In this document: positions 28,350 through 36,681 of the stretch, piece after piece
Numbering within the stretch: position 1 is the first letter of the stretch
How the letters are laid out: each line of letters starts with the position of its first letter
Source of the DNA: Thermoproteota archaeon
GTDB taxonomy: Archaea; Korarchaeota; Korarchaeia; Korarchaeales; Korarchaeaceae
Assembly (NCBI GenBank): GCA_027491415.1
Contig: JAOZFH010000018.1
Coordinates: forward strand, 16,856-80,855
DNA: 64,000 nucleotides
Direction: 5' to 3'
The notes under the pieces: generated by a model
The model's input: only the letters and a program-made list of their open reading frames with translations
Database searches by the model: none
Told to the model about the DNA's origin: nothing
Made by a program: the position numbers and the translations under genes

Positions 28350-29534
28350 TTGGCCGACGAGGGCGGCCCCGTGGGTGACAGCGAGACCGTCGGGAAGAGG
28401 AACGTCGTGGCAATGGGGCTCACCAGCCTCCTGACCGACGTGAGCACCGAGATGGTGCTGGCTGGGCTCCCATTCTTCCTGACACAGGAGCTGGGCGGAG
28501 GAATGGCCGCTCTGGGCGCCATAGAGGGCTCGGCCGAGCTCACGGCGAGCCTCCTCAAGGCAATCTCTGGGAGGCTCAGCGACATCATGGGACGGAGGAA
28601 GCCCCTAGCCGTGCTGGGATACGCAGTCTCTGCCGTTCTGAAGCCCACGCTGGCGCTCGCCACCAGCTGGTGGCACGCCCTAGCCGTGAGGGTAGGGGAC
28701 AGGGTGGGCAAGGGCATCAGGACCTCCCCAAGGGACGCGCTAATAGCCGACAGCGTAGCGGAGGAGTTCAGAGGCAGAGCTTTCGGCCTCCACAGGGCGA
28801 TGGACACCGCCGGCGCCGTCTTGGGGCCGCTCCTGGCCCTGGCGCTGATCCCCAGGGTTGGGTACCGGGGCACCTTCGCCGCGTCGGCCATCCCCGGCCT
28901 GCTGGGAGTGCTCGTGCTGGCCGCCCTGGTGGCCGAGGTGAGGCCGAGGGAGAGGAGAAGGGTCCCGCCAGCGAAGGGCGCGCTGACTCCGGAGTTCAGG
29001 CTCTACTTGGCGTCGGTGGCGACCTTCAGCGCCGCGCAGTTCAGCTACGCCTTCCTTCTCACCAGACTCGTGGAGCTTGGCTGGAGCGTCGGGAGCGCCA
29101 TTGCTCTCTACGTAGCCGCCAACCTTGTGTACAGCTCCGCGGCGATACCCGTCGGGACGCTCGGGGACAAGGTCGGGAACCTGAGGGCCCTCCTTCTAGG
29201 GTATCTGAGCCTCGCGTTCACCGCCGTCATAGCCTCCACCGAGAGCAGGTGGACGGGCCCCGCGGCAGTGGTCGCGTTTGGGGTTTACATGGCCCTGGTG
29301 GACACCCTCGAGAGGGCCGCGCTTCCTTCCTTGGTGCCCGAGGATCTGAGGGGGACCGCGTACGGCGCGTTCCACGCCACCAAGGGGATCGCCACGATGC
29401 CAGGGAACCTCGCCTTCGGGCTCATCTATGACGCCTGGGGCGCCAGGGCGGCCTTCAGCCTCTCCTGCGTCCTTGCACTCCTGGCGACGATCCCGCTGGT
29501 AGGGCTGATCAGGAAGAGGTCTGGCCGGGGGTGA
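28350..29534 (+). CDS. MFS transporter
   Basis: GRLSDIMGRRK, RVGKGIRTSPRDALIADS, GRAFGLHRAMD; about 12 TM. Confidence 0.92.
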   Translation: MADEGGPVGDSETVGKRNVVAMGLTSLLTDVSTEMVLAGLPFFLTQELGGGMAALGAIEGSAELTASLLKAISGRLSDIMGRRKPLAVLGYAVSAVLKPTLALATSWWHALAVRVGDRVGKGIRTSPRDALIADSVAEEFRGRAFGLHRAMDTAGAVLGPLLALALIPRVGYRGTFAASAIPGLLGVLVLAALVAEVRPRERRRVPPAKGALTPEFRLYLASVATFSAAQFSYAFLLTRLVELGWSVGSAIALYVAANLVYSSAAIPVGTLGDKVGNLRALLLGYLSLAFTAVIASTESRWTGPAAVVAFGVYMALVDTLERAALPSLVPEDLRGTAYGAFHATKGIATMPGNLAFGLIYDAWGARAAFSLSCVLALLATIPLVGLIRKRSGRG

Positions 29535-29546
29535 GAGGGAGGCCGC

Positions 29547-30200
29547 TCAGGGAATACGGGTCAGCATTCTGAGGAGCTCTCCGAACCCGGAGACTCGGGC
29601 AACCCTCCTGACGGACTCTCTCTGGCCCAGAAAGATGGGCATCAGACCCAGCTGGGAGCTCGCAAGGGCCCTCTCAACGGCACCGGTGACGAAGACATCG
29701 GGAGGGTCGCCTCCCAGCGCCGAGAGGAGCCTCTTCAGAGACTCGAGCCACCCCTCCGAGCCGGAGTACAGGGAGACGTCAACGAGGCCAGCCAGGCCGG
29801 TGGACCTGAGGACTTCCGTCGGCGCCCTCTCCTCGGCCTCGACTCCGATGAACAAGACTCCAATGGAAGCCCCCATCCGCCTCAGAGACTCTAAGAGGCT
29901 CTTGGCGCCATGAACGGGCGTTACGGTGGATGTCCAAGCCTTGATGAAGGCGTCCACCGCCCTCTGGATGTCGTGAGGGGTGGGATGTATCCCCCTCTCG
30001 GAAAGGTACTCCCTGAGGAGCTCCCCGCGATTCACGCGCCCCGAGGAGCGTCGTAGAGATTCCAGCAGCGCCAGATCTCTGGCCATCTCCCTAGCCTCTC
30101 GCAGGTCCACGCCGAGGCTCCTCAGGGCGGCCAGATAGCAGACCGGGAGGCTGCTAGAGTCCTGTAGGATGGTGGTGAGGCCGTCGAAGACGACCCTCAT
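29547..30200 (-). CDS. Degenerate HAD-like hydrolase
   Basis: VVFDGLTTI (DxD incomplete), GAKSLLESLRRMG.SIGV, LGLMPIF. Confidence 0.5.
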   Translation of the reverse strand: MRVVFDGLTTILQDSSSLPVCYLAALRSLGVDLREAREMARDLALLESLRRSSGRVNRGELLREYLSERGIHPTPHDIQRAVDAFIKAWTSTVTPVHGAKSLLESLRRMGASIGVLFIGVEAEERAPTEVLRSTGLAGLVDVSLYSGSEGWLESLKRLLSALGGDPPDVFVTGAVERALASSQLGLMPIFLGQRESVRRVARVSGFGELLRMLTRIP

Positions 30201-30225
30201 GCCCGACGCGCCCTCCCGGCCCGGT

Positions 30226-30495
30226 TCACGGCCCGACCTGCCAAAGGCATATTCTGATCACCCTGGAGCGGGGTTTCTGAGACGTGGTGGCGACGAACCC
30301 CATCCTGCTGATCGAGTTCTCCAGCTCCACAAGGTCTATGGGGCCGTTAGACCTCACGAGCACCTCATACGAGACCGTCCTCGTTCCGTCCGGGAGGAAT
30401 GCGTCTGACTCTGCCACGCTCTCTATTTGGCCTAGCTTGGAGAGATACCCCAGCAGGCCGTTCAGGATGGGGTTATCGCCTCGGTATTGTCCCAT
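30226..30495 (-). CDS. Hypothetical small protein
   Basis: 89 aa ORF with GGTGC upstream of ATG, in a minus-strand run. Confidence 0.65.
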   Translation of the reverse strand: MGQYRGDNPILNGLLGYLSKLGQIESVAESDAFLPDGTRTVSYEVLVRSNGPIDLVELENSISRMGFVATTSQKPRSRVIRICLWQVGP

Positions 30496-30551
30496 GCACC
30501 TACCGATCCTGCGCGGCGGGCGACCGATTTAACCCCAACTCAACCCAGCGC

Positions 30552-30983
30552 TCACCTGCCGGAAACTCTCAGGAACTCGTTCACGTACGCAAGAACCTTC
30601 CTGGCCACAGATTGGAGAGATTCCGCCTCTCTGGTTGCCCGCTCCATGTCCTCCAGTATCCGGGACAGGGCCCTCTCGACCATCCCGTCTGGCGGGTACA
30701 AGGGGAGCGAGACATTCCAGGCGACCGAGATGTCCCTGGCGCGCCTGATCAGACCCCTGAGCTGATCTTCCAGGTCCTTAGAGGTCCTCCTGTCCAGACC
30801 CGTGGGCCGGCCGCGCGGTGGAGAGTTGAGACGGGCGAGGGCTAGCCTCAGCCTCCGCCTGAGGTCGGAGGCCGGGTCGTACCTCACCTGGATCAGCACC
30901 CTTCGACCCCTGACTGTGACGGTCGCCCAGTCGCCGAGGGCGGCCCGCACGCGGTGCACCCACTCTGGATCTGGATCGCGCAC
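30552..30983 (-). CDS. Hypothetical protein
   Basis: 143 aa helical ORF starting 4 nt after tsr3 stop, GGGTGA SD. Confidence 0.65.
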   Translation of the reverse strand: MRDPDPEWVHRVRAALGDWATVTVRGRRVLIQVRYDPASDLRRRLRLALARLNSPPRGRPTGLDRRTSKDLEDQLRGLIRRARDISVAWNVSLPLYPPDGMVERALSRILEDMERATREAESLQSVARKVLAYVNEFLRVSGR

Positions 30984-30986
30984 AGC

Positions 30987-31499
30987 TCACCCCCTCGCCA
31001 GCTCCTCGTAGAACTTCCTACTGAGCTCCTCTACCTCATCGGGACCCTCAGCCCTTGAGTAGGCCTCAAGCCAGTCCTCATTCAGCCTGAGGAACTCTGG
31101 ACCCCACTTGAACTCCGAGAGCACCCTCTCGGCCTGATCTCTGCGGCCCAAGATGAACAGAGCCGCGGCGAGGGCCTCTGCGGTTGAGAGCCTGAAGGGC
31201 CTGCCGTAGTTTATCGGATTGGCCGCAACTAGTAGCGGGAGCACCCTCCTCCTCCCTCGGGGCCACCTGACCTCGTCGATCCTGCGCCAGGAGGCGTCGA
31301 CCGCCACGAGACCCCTGGATTCCGCCGATTCGCGGTCTGCAGGGCTCAGGTAAACGTGAGAGGTTGGGTCCAAGATTACAGCCCCCCGTGGGGGTCTGTG
31401 AGTCCTCACGGCAAGGCCCCGCCTAATCAGCCTGATCCCTGTGGCCTTCCTCGGGTCGTCGTGCTCGAGCCTGACTACGAACAGCCTGATTTCCCTCAC
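30987..31499 (-). CDS. tsr3: 16S rRNA aminocarboxypropyltransferase
   Basis: DDPRKATG, VDASW, RVLPLLVAANPINYGRPFRLSTAEALAAAL, FKWG..FL.LN. Confidence 0.94.
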   Translation of the reverse strand: MREIRLFVVRLEHDDPRKATGIRLIRRGLAVRTHRPPRGAVILDPTSHVYLSPADRESAESRGLVAVDASWRRIDEVRWPRGRRRVLPLLVAANPINYGRPFRLSTAEALAAALFILGRRDQAERVLSEFKWGPEFLRLNEDWLEAYSRAEGPDEVEELSRKFYEELARG

Positions 31500-31735
31500 T
31501 TCAGCCTCTCCAGGACTATGAATGTCACGGTCTCCACTACATCCTCGTCGGACCTGATGTCCTCAAGCACCTTCGAGAGTTCGAAGGTGTTGTCGGCGAC
31601 TATCCTCAGGAGGAAGTCGAATGGTCCGGTGACGTAGAGGACCTCGACCACGTTGTTGAGGGTGGGGAAGACCTCCTTGAACTTGGGAGCTTTCGGGGGC
31701 TTGACTTTCACCGCCGTGTAGGCCTCCACCGGCAT
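31496..31735 (-). CDS. Stand-alone Lrp/AsnC ligand-binding domain protein
   Basis: VLYVTGPFDFLLRI...IRS...VVETVTFIVL; GTGA overlap with tsr3. Confidence 0.85.
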   Translation of the reverse strand: MPVEAYTAVKVKPPKAPKFKEVFPTLNNVVEVLYVTGPFDFLLRIVADNTFELSKVLEDIRSDEDVVETVTFIVLERLK

Positions 31736-31794
31736 GGCGGGTCAGGCGGCCCCACGGCTGAATATAATAAGGTGGGCATGCTGTCCAAATCGGC

Positions 31795-31856
31795 GGGGGA
31801 TGATGAGGCCGACTTGCCGGGCCTCCGCCGTGGCCGACGGTCGGCTTGCCGACCCC
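31795..31856 (+). ncRNA. Candidate box C/D sRNA
   Basis: GGGG stem, ATGATGA (31800-31806), CCGA (31849-31852), CCCC; about 60 nt; AT-rich TATA-like 31761-31770 upstream. Confidence 0.4.
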
Positions 31857-31859
31857 TCC

Positions 31860-32919
31860 CTACCTCCTGACGGTCGCCCTGATCTCGGTCGGGCTGGCCA
31901 GCTCATCGAGAACGATCAAGATCCCCGACTCGTCAACCCTCCTCACGCCCGACAGTTCGGGGGACTCTACCGCGCCGATCCTCCACTCAGGTCTGACCGA
32001 CAGCTCGATCGCCAGGCCCCTCACCGGCCTCTCGGCTTTGAGGTCAGCCCATAGCTCCCTTGCCATCGTAGCCCGGAGTGGCGGAGACTCCCCAGCGGCC
32101 TATCCACCAGGAGACGTAGGCCTTGAGGCCAACCCTGATGCCCGAGTCGTTCGAGCTTGTCGATAGGGCTACGAGCTTCCAGGCCCTGGTCTCAACGCTC
32201 AGCCCAGACTGGGGCGGTTCCAGTATCGGAAGGAGGCGTCCTCCAGGCATGGGGCGGAAGGGGAACGTCGTCCCTGCGCAGGGCCTGTCTCCAGTGGCTC
32301 TGAGGGACGTGACCACCCCTCTTCCGCCCGACCGGACGAACTTCAGCCAGTGAGCTCCATCGGGGGCGGGGGTCAGCCTCCTCGGGACTGGACTTACCGC
32401 CGTGAAATCTGCGCCCCTGGGGTGCGGCCAGATCCTCACGAAGGGCAGGTCCCAAGAGTGATAACAGGCCTCCAGCAGGCGCCTCAGCAGATCGGCCATG
32501 GAGTCCAGCGGGGGTATCCTCCCCCTGCACGGCCCTCCCCTGCCAGAGTAGAACTCCAGCGCGGCCCCGACGGGGTCCACACCTAGGTGGATGACCTCGC
32601 CGACCGCCGAGATGAACCCGTCCGCATCCACCCTGGCGCCGTCGGGAGTGTGCATCGGGCCGGCTACCGGGAACCTCCTGCCGAAGACCCGGATGTAGCC
32701 GGAGGAGGCGGCCTTCGGAGACTCGACGCTCCGACCCCTCGCCCCTCTCGCGCCAAGAACTACCGAGGTGACTGTGGGGTCGGGTGGATCCATGCCGGGC
32801 GGGACTATTACGACTTGGTGCTTCTCGGGGTCTGGCCGGCCCGTAAGCTGTCTCGGGACTCCAATTACGTTCAGCAGCTGCTCCAGGGCGGCCGCGCTCG
32901 TGCGGTCCGCCTCCAGCAC
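31860..32919 (-). pseudogene. Degenerate polysaccharide-deacetylase-like gene with probable frameshift
   Basis: DLLRRLLE...PFVRIWPHP.G and GTTFPFRP..LPILE motifs but no THDVD core; removing one A at 32060-32061 fuses the 291 aa and 68 aa ORFs (YDGRELWADL). Confidence 0.4.
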
Positions 32920-33038
32920 GGCCAGCCTCAGGTGAGGACCCTAAGCGCGTGACGGCGGGAGTGGGCTTAATTGTGCGGCGCAGCGGAGTAACTACGCATG
33001 TAATACGGAGGGTATAGGAAGAAATGAGTCCATAATTT

Positions 33039-33242
33039 GGCACGTTCGTCTGTCAGATGCGTTGAGGGAAGCATCGGCCCCGTGGGACCACTTGGGTCCG
33101 CGAAATAGGCCCGTTTCGGCTGAAAGCTCAAACCTTCGGAGTGGAGTTATCTCGCTCGATGTAACGCGACCCCTACGAGGAAAGAGAAGGCGCTGAGGCC
33201 TTTTTCGAGCTCACAGATGACTTTTTACTTGACGCACGTGCC
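33039..33242 (+). ncRNA. Candidate structured RNA / leader (unclassified)
   Basis: Closing inverted repeat GGCACGTTCGTC / GACGCACGTGCC enclosing several hairpins, including a cUUCGg loop; no long ORF. Confidence 0.3.
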
Positions 33243-33279
33243 GCCGAACCCTGAAGAAGCTCTGTCGGGGTGGTCACGA

Positions 33280-34101
33280 TTGACGGCCAGCCCGACCGAT
33301 AGGCTGATGACGGGGATCGAACCCATCGACTACACCCTTGGCGGCCTGCCCCGCGGCTACAACGTCCTGATCCTAGGGAAGCCCGGAACGGGCAAGACCC
33401 TATTCAGCATCAAGATGGCGTATCACATGGCTTCTTCAGGCGAGAGGGTAGTCTTCGTCACTATCCCCACCCCAAAGAGCATGTTCGAGGCCCAAGTGGC
33501 CTCGATGGGCATCGACCTAGCCGAGCTGGAGAGGAGGGGGGTCCTCAAGCTCATCTCGCTGGCCGACCCGAGCAACCGGGTTGAGGGGGAGAGCCTCTTC
33601 GTCTCGATGCTAGGCACGATAGAGGAGCACGATCCTTCCGTCGTGATAGTGGACGACCCCTCCATCTTGGTCACTAGGGTGAGCGTGCCCTTCCTAGTGG
33701 GGACGATCTCAGGCGAGCTGGGCAGGGAGACAAAAGAGCTAGGGAGGCTTCTGGTGGCTGCCATGGACGAGGACATCCTCAGGATATACAGAGAGCACCA
33801 CGCGTTCCTGCTTAGCAGGGCAGACATCGTTTTGAGGCTGGAGAGCGAGAAGCGGGGCGGGAGGATGGTTAGGAGGATGGTCGTCGTGAAGTCCAGGGGT
33901 ATGGCCCCAACCGCCCACTGCGTCGACTTCGAGGTGGACCAGGCGGGGAGAATCCGCCTGGCTCACCCCAGCCGGCCCGGGTGCTCTGAGGGGGTGAGGA
34001 GGGGGCTCGAGTGGGAGAGGAGATCCCCCAGGGCGTCCCAGGGGAGGGTCAGAGGGGTCGGCGCTGAGGACCTGGCGCCCGGGGCCGACCAGATGGCGTG
34101 A
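33280..34101 (+). CDS. KaiC-like/RAD55 RecA-superfamily ATPase
   Basis: LMTGIEPID..LGGLP, GKPGTGKT, VIVDD, ADIVLRL, VVKSRG; TTG at 33280 with GGGGTGG SD. Confidence 0.88.
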   Translation: MTASPTDRLMTGIEPIDYTLGGLPRGYNVLILGKPGTGKTLFSIKMAYHMASSGERVVFVTIPTPKSMFEAQVASMGIDLAELERRGVLKLISLADPSNRVEGESLFVSMLGTIEEHDPSVVIVDDPSILVTRVSVPFLVGTISGELGRETKELGRLLVAAMDEDILRIYREHHAFLLSRADIVLRLESEKRGGRMVRRMVVVKSRGMAPTAHCVDFEVDQAGRIRLAHPSRPGCSEGVRRGLEWERRSPRASQGRVRGVGAEDLAPGADQMA

Positions 34102-34146
34102 TGGGAATCGTTAAGGTGGTCCTAACGCGCGGCCTCGGGGTCGGCG

Positions 34147-34974
34147 TTGAGGGTCTACGTGTCGGCGGACCTCGAGGGAGTGTGGGGAGTCGTCCACGGA
34201 GAGCACACCTTTAGGGATGGGAGGGAGCACGACAGGGCCAGGAGGTGGATGACTGAAGAGGTGAACGCGGCCGTCGAGGGTGCGATCAGGGCTGGGGCGG
34301 AGGAGGTCATGGTGAACGACTCGCACGGGACCATGAGGAACGTTATCCCGGAGGAGCTTCACCCCGAGGCCTCGCTCATCACCGGGTCGCCCAAGCCCAT
34401 GGGCGTGCTGGAGGGGCTGACCGCCGAGTTCGACTGCGCATTCTTCCTAGGCTACCAGCCATGGCCGGGGAGAGGGGCGTGCTGAGCCACACCTACAGCG
34501 GGAGGACCGTCAGGCGCGTGGCGGTGGGCGGGAGAGAAGTGGGCGAGTTCGGGCTCAACGCGATGGTCGCCCACCACCTGGGCGTGCCAGTGGTCCTGGT
34601 GACGGGGGACGACGCGCTCGCGGGGGAGGCGAGAGAGGCCGCGCCGGAGGCGGTAGCAGTGGCGACGAAGAGAGCGCTCGGCAGGTACGCCGCGATGTGC
34701 CCGCCTCGAAGGAGGGTGCTGGAGGAGATAGAGGAGGCCGCGTTCCAGGCAGCGAGGGGGGGTCGCGGAGGGGCGCGTCAGGGTCAGGCCCCCGGCTGGG
34801 CCGCTGGATGTCGAGGTCGAGTTCACGGATCCCGGGATGGCCGACGTCGCCCACCTGGTCCCGGGGTTGGTGAGAGTGAGTCCGACAACCCTGAGGTTTC
34901 GGGCGGAGGACGCGCTCGAGGCATACAGGGTCGTCAGGGCGTTCATGTACCTCGCCATCGCCGTGGCAAGGTAG
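34147..34974 (+). pseudogene. dppA: D-aminopeptidase DppA (M55), two frameshifts
   Basis: SADLEG, VNDSHG, GY-(-1 nt near 34458)-AMAGERGVLSHTY, VTGDD, then an extra G in the G7 run 34756-34762 before the VEVEFTD...EAYR C-terminus. Confidence 0.85.
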
Positions 34975-35054
34975 GCAGAAGGAGATCCTCGTGGGGGGTG
35001 GGGGCCCTCCCGCCGTTATAACTTGCCGAAGGCGCCCCACCCCCGGTGGTCTGA

Positions 35055-35831
35055 GTGGCCGTCGACAAGAGAGAGGTCTCCAAGGGGAGGCTGCAGTATC
35101 ACCTCAAGGTGAGGCCGGGCGACGTGGCCCGGTACGTCCTCCTCCCTGGCGACCCTGGTAGAGTCAGGAGGATAGCCGAGCACATGGACGAGGCTGAGGA
35201 GGTGGCCCACAACAGGGAGTTTCTGACCGTCACCGGGACCTACAAGGGGGTCAGGGTCTCCGCCACCTCCACGGGGATAGGGTGCCCTTCCGCCTCGATA
35301 GCCGTGGAGGAACTCGCGAACGTGGGGGCCGAGGTGTTCATCCGCGTAGGCACCTCCGCGGCGCTCCAGCCTCACGTGAGAATAGCCGACCTGATCATAC
35401 CCAACGGGGCCGTTAGGAACGAGGGGACGTCGTACTTCTACGTGCCCGAGGGATTCCCGGCCGTGCCCAGCCTTGGGGTGCTCCTGGCCCTCAGGAGGGC
35501 GGCGGAGTCGCTGGGATACAGGCACCACGTGGGCATTATCAGCTCCGATGATGCCTTCTACGCCGAGACGCCAGAGTACCTAGAAGGGCTCAGGGAGCTC
35601 GGGGTGATCAGCCTAGACATGGAGAGTTCCGCCATATTCATCGTGAGTCACCTGCGCGGGCTGGAGGCGGGCACGGTCAACGGCGTCGTTGCGAATCTCA
35701 GCACGGGCGAGGGCGGTCTGGTCGATCAGGACGACCCCAGGCGGGCCGAGGCCATAGACAGGGCAATCAAGACCGCACTGGAGGCCGTCGTCATCCTTGA
35801 GGGGGAGAGGGAGGGGAAGAGGGGAGGGTAG
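35055..35831 (+). CDS. Uridine phosphorylase family
   Basis: QYHL, LLPGDPGRV, STGIGCPSASIAVEEL, IRVGT, RNEGTS, DAFY, DMESS. Confidence 0.9.
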   Translation: MAVDKREVSKGRLQYHLKVRPGDVARYVLLPGDPGRVRRIAEHMDEAEEVAHNREFLTVTGTYKGVRVSATSTGIGCPSASIAVEELANVGAEVFIRVGTSAALQPHVRIADLIIPNGAVRNEGTSYFYVPEGFPAVPSLGVLLALRRAAESLGYRHHVGIISSDDAFYAETPEYLEGLRELGVISLDMESSAIFIVSHLRGLEAGTVNGVVANLSTGEGGLVDQDDPRRAEAIDRAIKTALEAVVILEGEREGKRGG

Positions 35832-36111
35832 GGTTCTGGGGGCCCTGGAGAGGCTGAGGGAGAGCTACAGGCGGTACGGGCTGGCGCTCACCCTGGCAAC
35901 GCTGGCCTGCGTCCTCGGATCCATCGGGACCGCTGTCAGCGCTCTTCGGGGGTCGAGGGCCTCGGCGATCATCTACGCGACCCTGACCGCCGCCGCCCTG
36001 GCGGCCGTCGTCAGGGCCTGGAGGAGGAGGAAGGGGGCCGGAGCCCCGCTGAAGTACCTAGAGGAGGTCTGGGAGGAGGGTGATCCTCGGCGGTCAAGCG
36101 GGCCGTCTTGA
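35797..36111 (+). CDS. Small 2-TM membrane protein (start uncertain)
   Basis: Two hydrophobic helices followed by RRRK; annotated start lies inside the previous gene. Confidence 0.5.
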   Translation: MRGRGRGRGEGRVLGALERLRESYRRYGLALTLATLACVLGSIGTAVSALRGSRASAIIYATLTAAALAAVVRAWRRRKGAGAPLKYLEEVWEEGDPRRSSGPS

Positions 36112-36139
36112 GGATCAGGAGCCTCCAGAACTCGCCTCC

Positions 36140-36292
36140 AGGGTCTACTGCCCCGCCCTGCCGGGGAGCGCCGTCAGAGGAGATCTCTTAGAGTGCAGGA
36201 ACGACGTAGATCTCTTCTTGATGATCGAGTGGCCCAGGATCACGAGGGAGAACTGGAGAGGGAGGTCAGGTCCGCCTTCGAGGGGGGAGTAG
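36140..36292 (+). pseudogene. Remnant of a minimal nucleotidyltransferase (MNT)
   Basis: LPGSAVRGD....NDVDLFLMI matches GS..RGD...DxD; short and truncated. Confidence 0.4.
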
Positions 36293-36317
36293 AGTCCCCC
36301 ATCTGTGAAGGCCATTC

Positions 36318-36349
36318 TTTTATACCATGTGAAGAATTTTTCTTTCACA
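36318..36349 (+). promoter_or_regulatory. TATA box plus palindromic operator
   Basis: TTTTATA 36318-36324; TGTGAA-N10-TTCACA 36328-36349 just before ATG 36352; extra TGTGAAG at 36304. Confidence 0.6.
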
Positions 36350-36351
36350 CG

Positions 36352-36681
36352 ATGGAAGGAATAATCGACACGGTAGTCCGCACCCTCGGACTGAGGCCCA
36401 GGGCCGCGGAGATCCTCCACCTCCTGGCGAAGGAGGGCGAGCTCACCATATCCGAGGTGGCCAGGGCGCTCAGCATCTCGCGGAGGGCCGCCCACGACTG
36501 GCTCCACCACCTCCTCTCCAGGAGGCTGATCAGGCGGCGACCGGTGGAGAGGGGTGGCAGGCTGTCCTACGCCTACTTCCTGCCGCCCCCCTCGGAGATG
36601 ATCCAGGCGGCCGCGGATCACCTGAGGGAAAGGATCCGGGAGCTGGAGCGCCTGCTCGAGGGAGGTGAGCGGCTTGAGTGA
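36352..36681 (+). CDS. TrmB-type HTH transcriptional regulator
   Basis: LGLRPRAAEIL.LL..EGELTISEVARALSISRRA...LLSRRLIRR...YAY; ATG 28 nt after TATA. Confidence 0.82.
   Translation: MEGIIDTVVRTLGLRPRAAEILHLLAKEGELTISEVARALSISRRAAHDWLHHLLSRRLIRRRPVERGGRLSYAYFLPPPSEMIQAAADHLRERIRELERLLEGGERLE

Noticed and set aside
33039-33242. RNase P RNA, SRP RNA or MITE identity for the structured element
   Set aside because: No GAGGAAAGUCC-type P4 or SRP helix 8 motif, no target-site duplication, no second copy in the window
36193-36351. Longer start for the TrmB regulator
   Set aside because: Runs through the TATA/operator region; ATG 36352 fits promoter spacing
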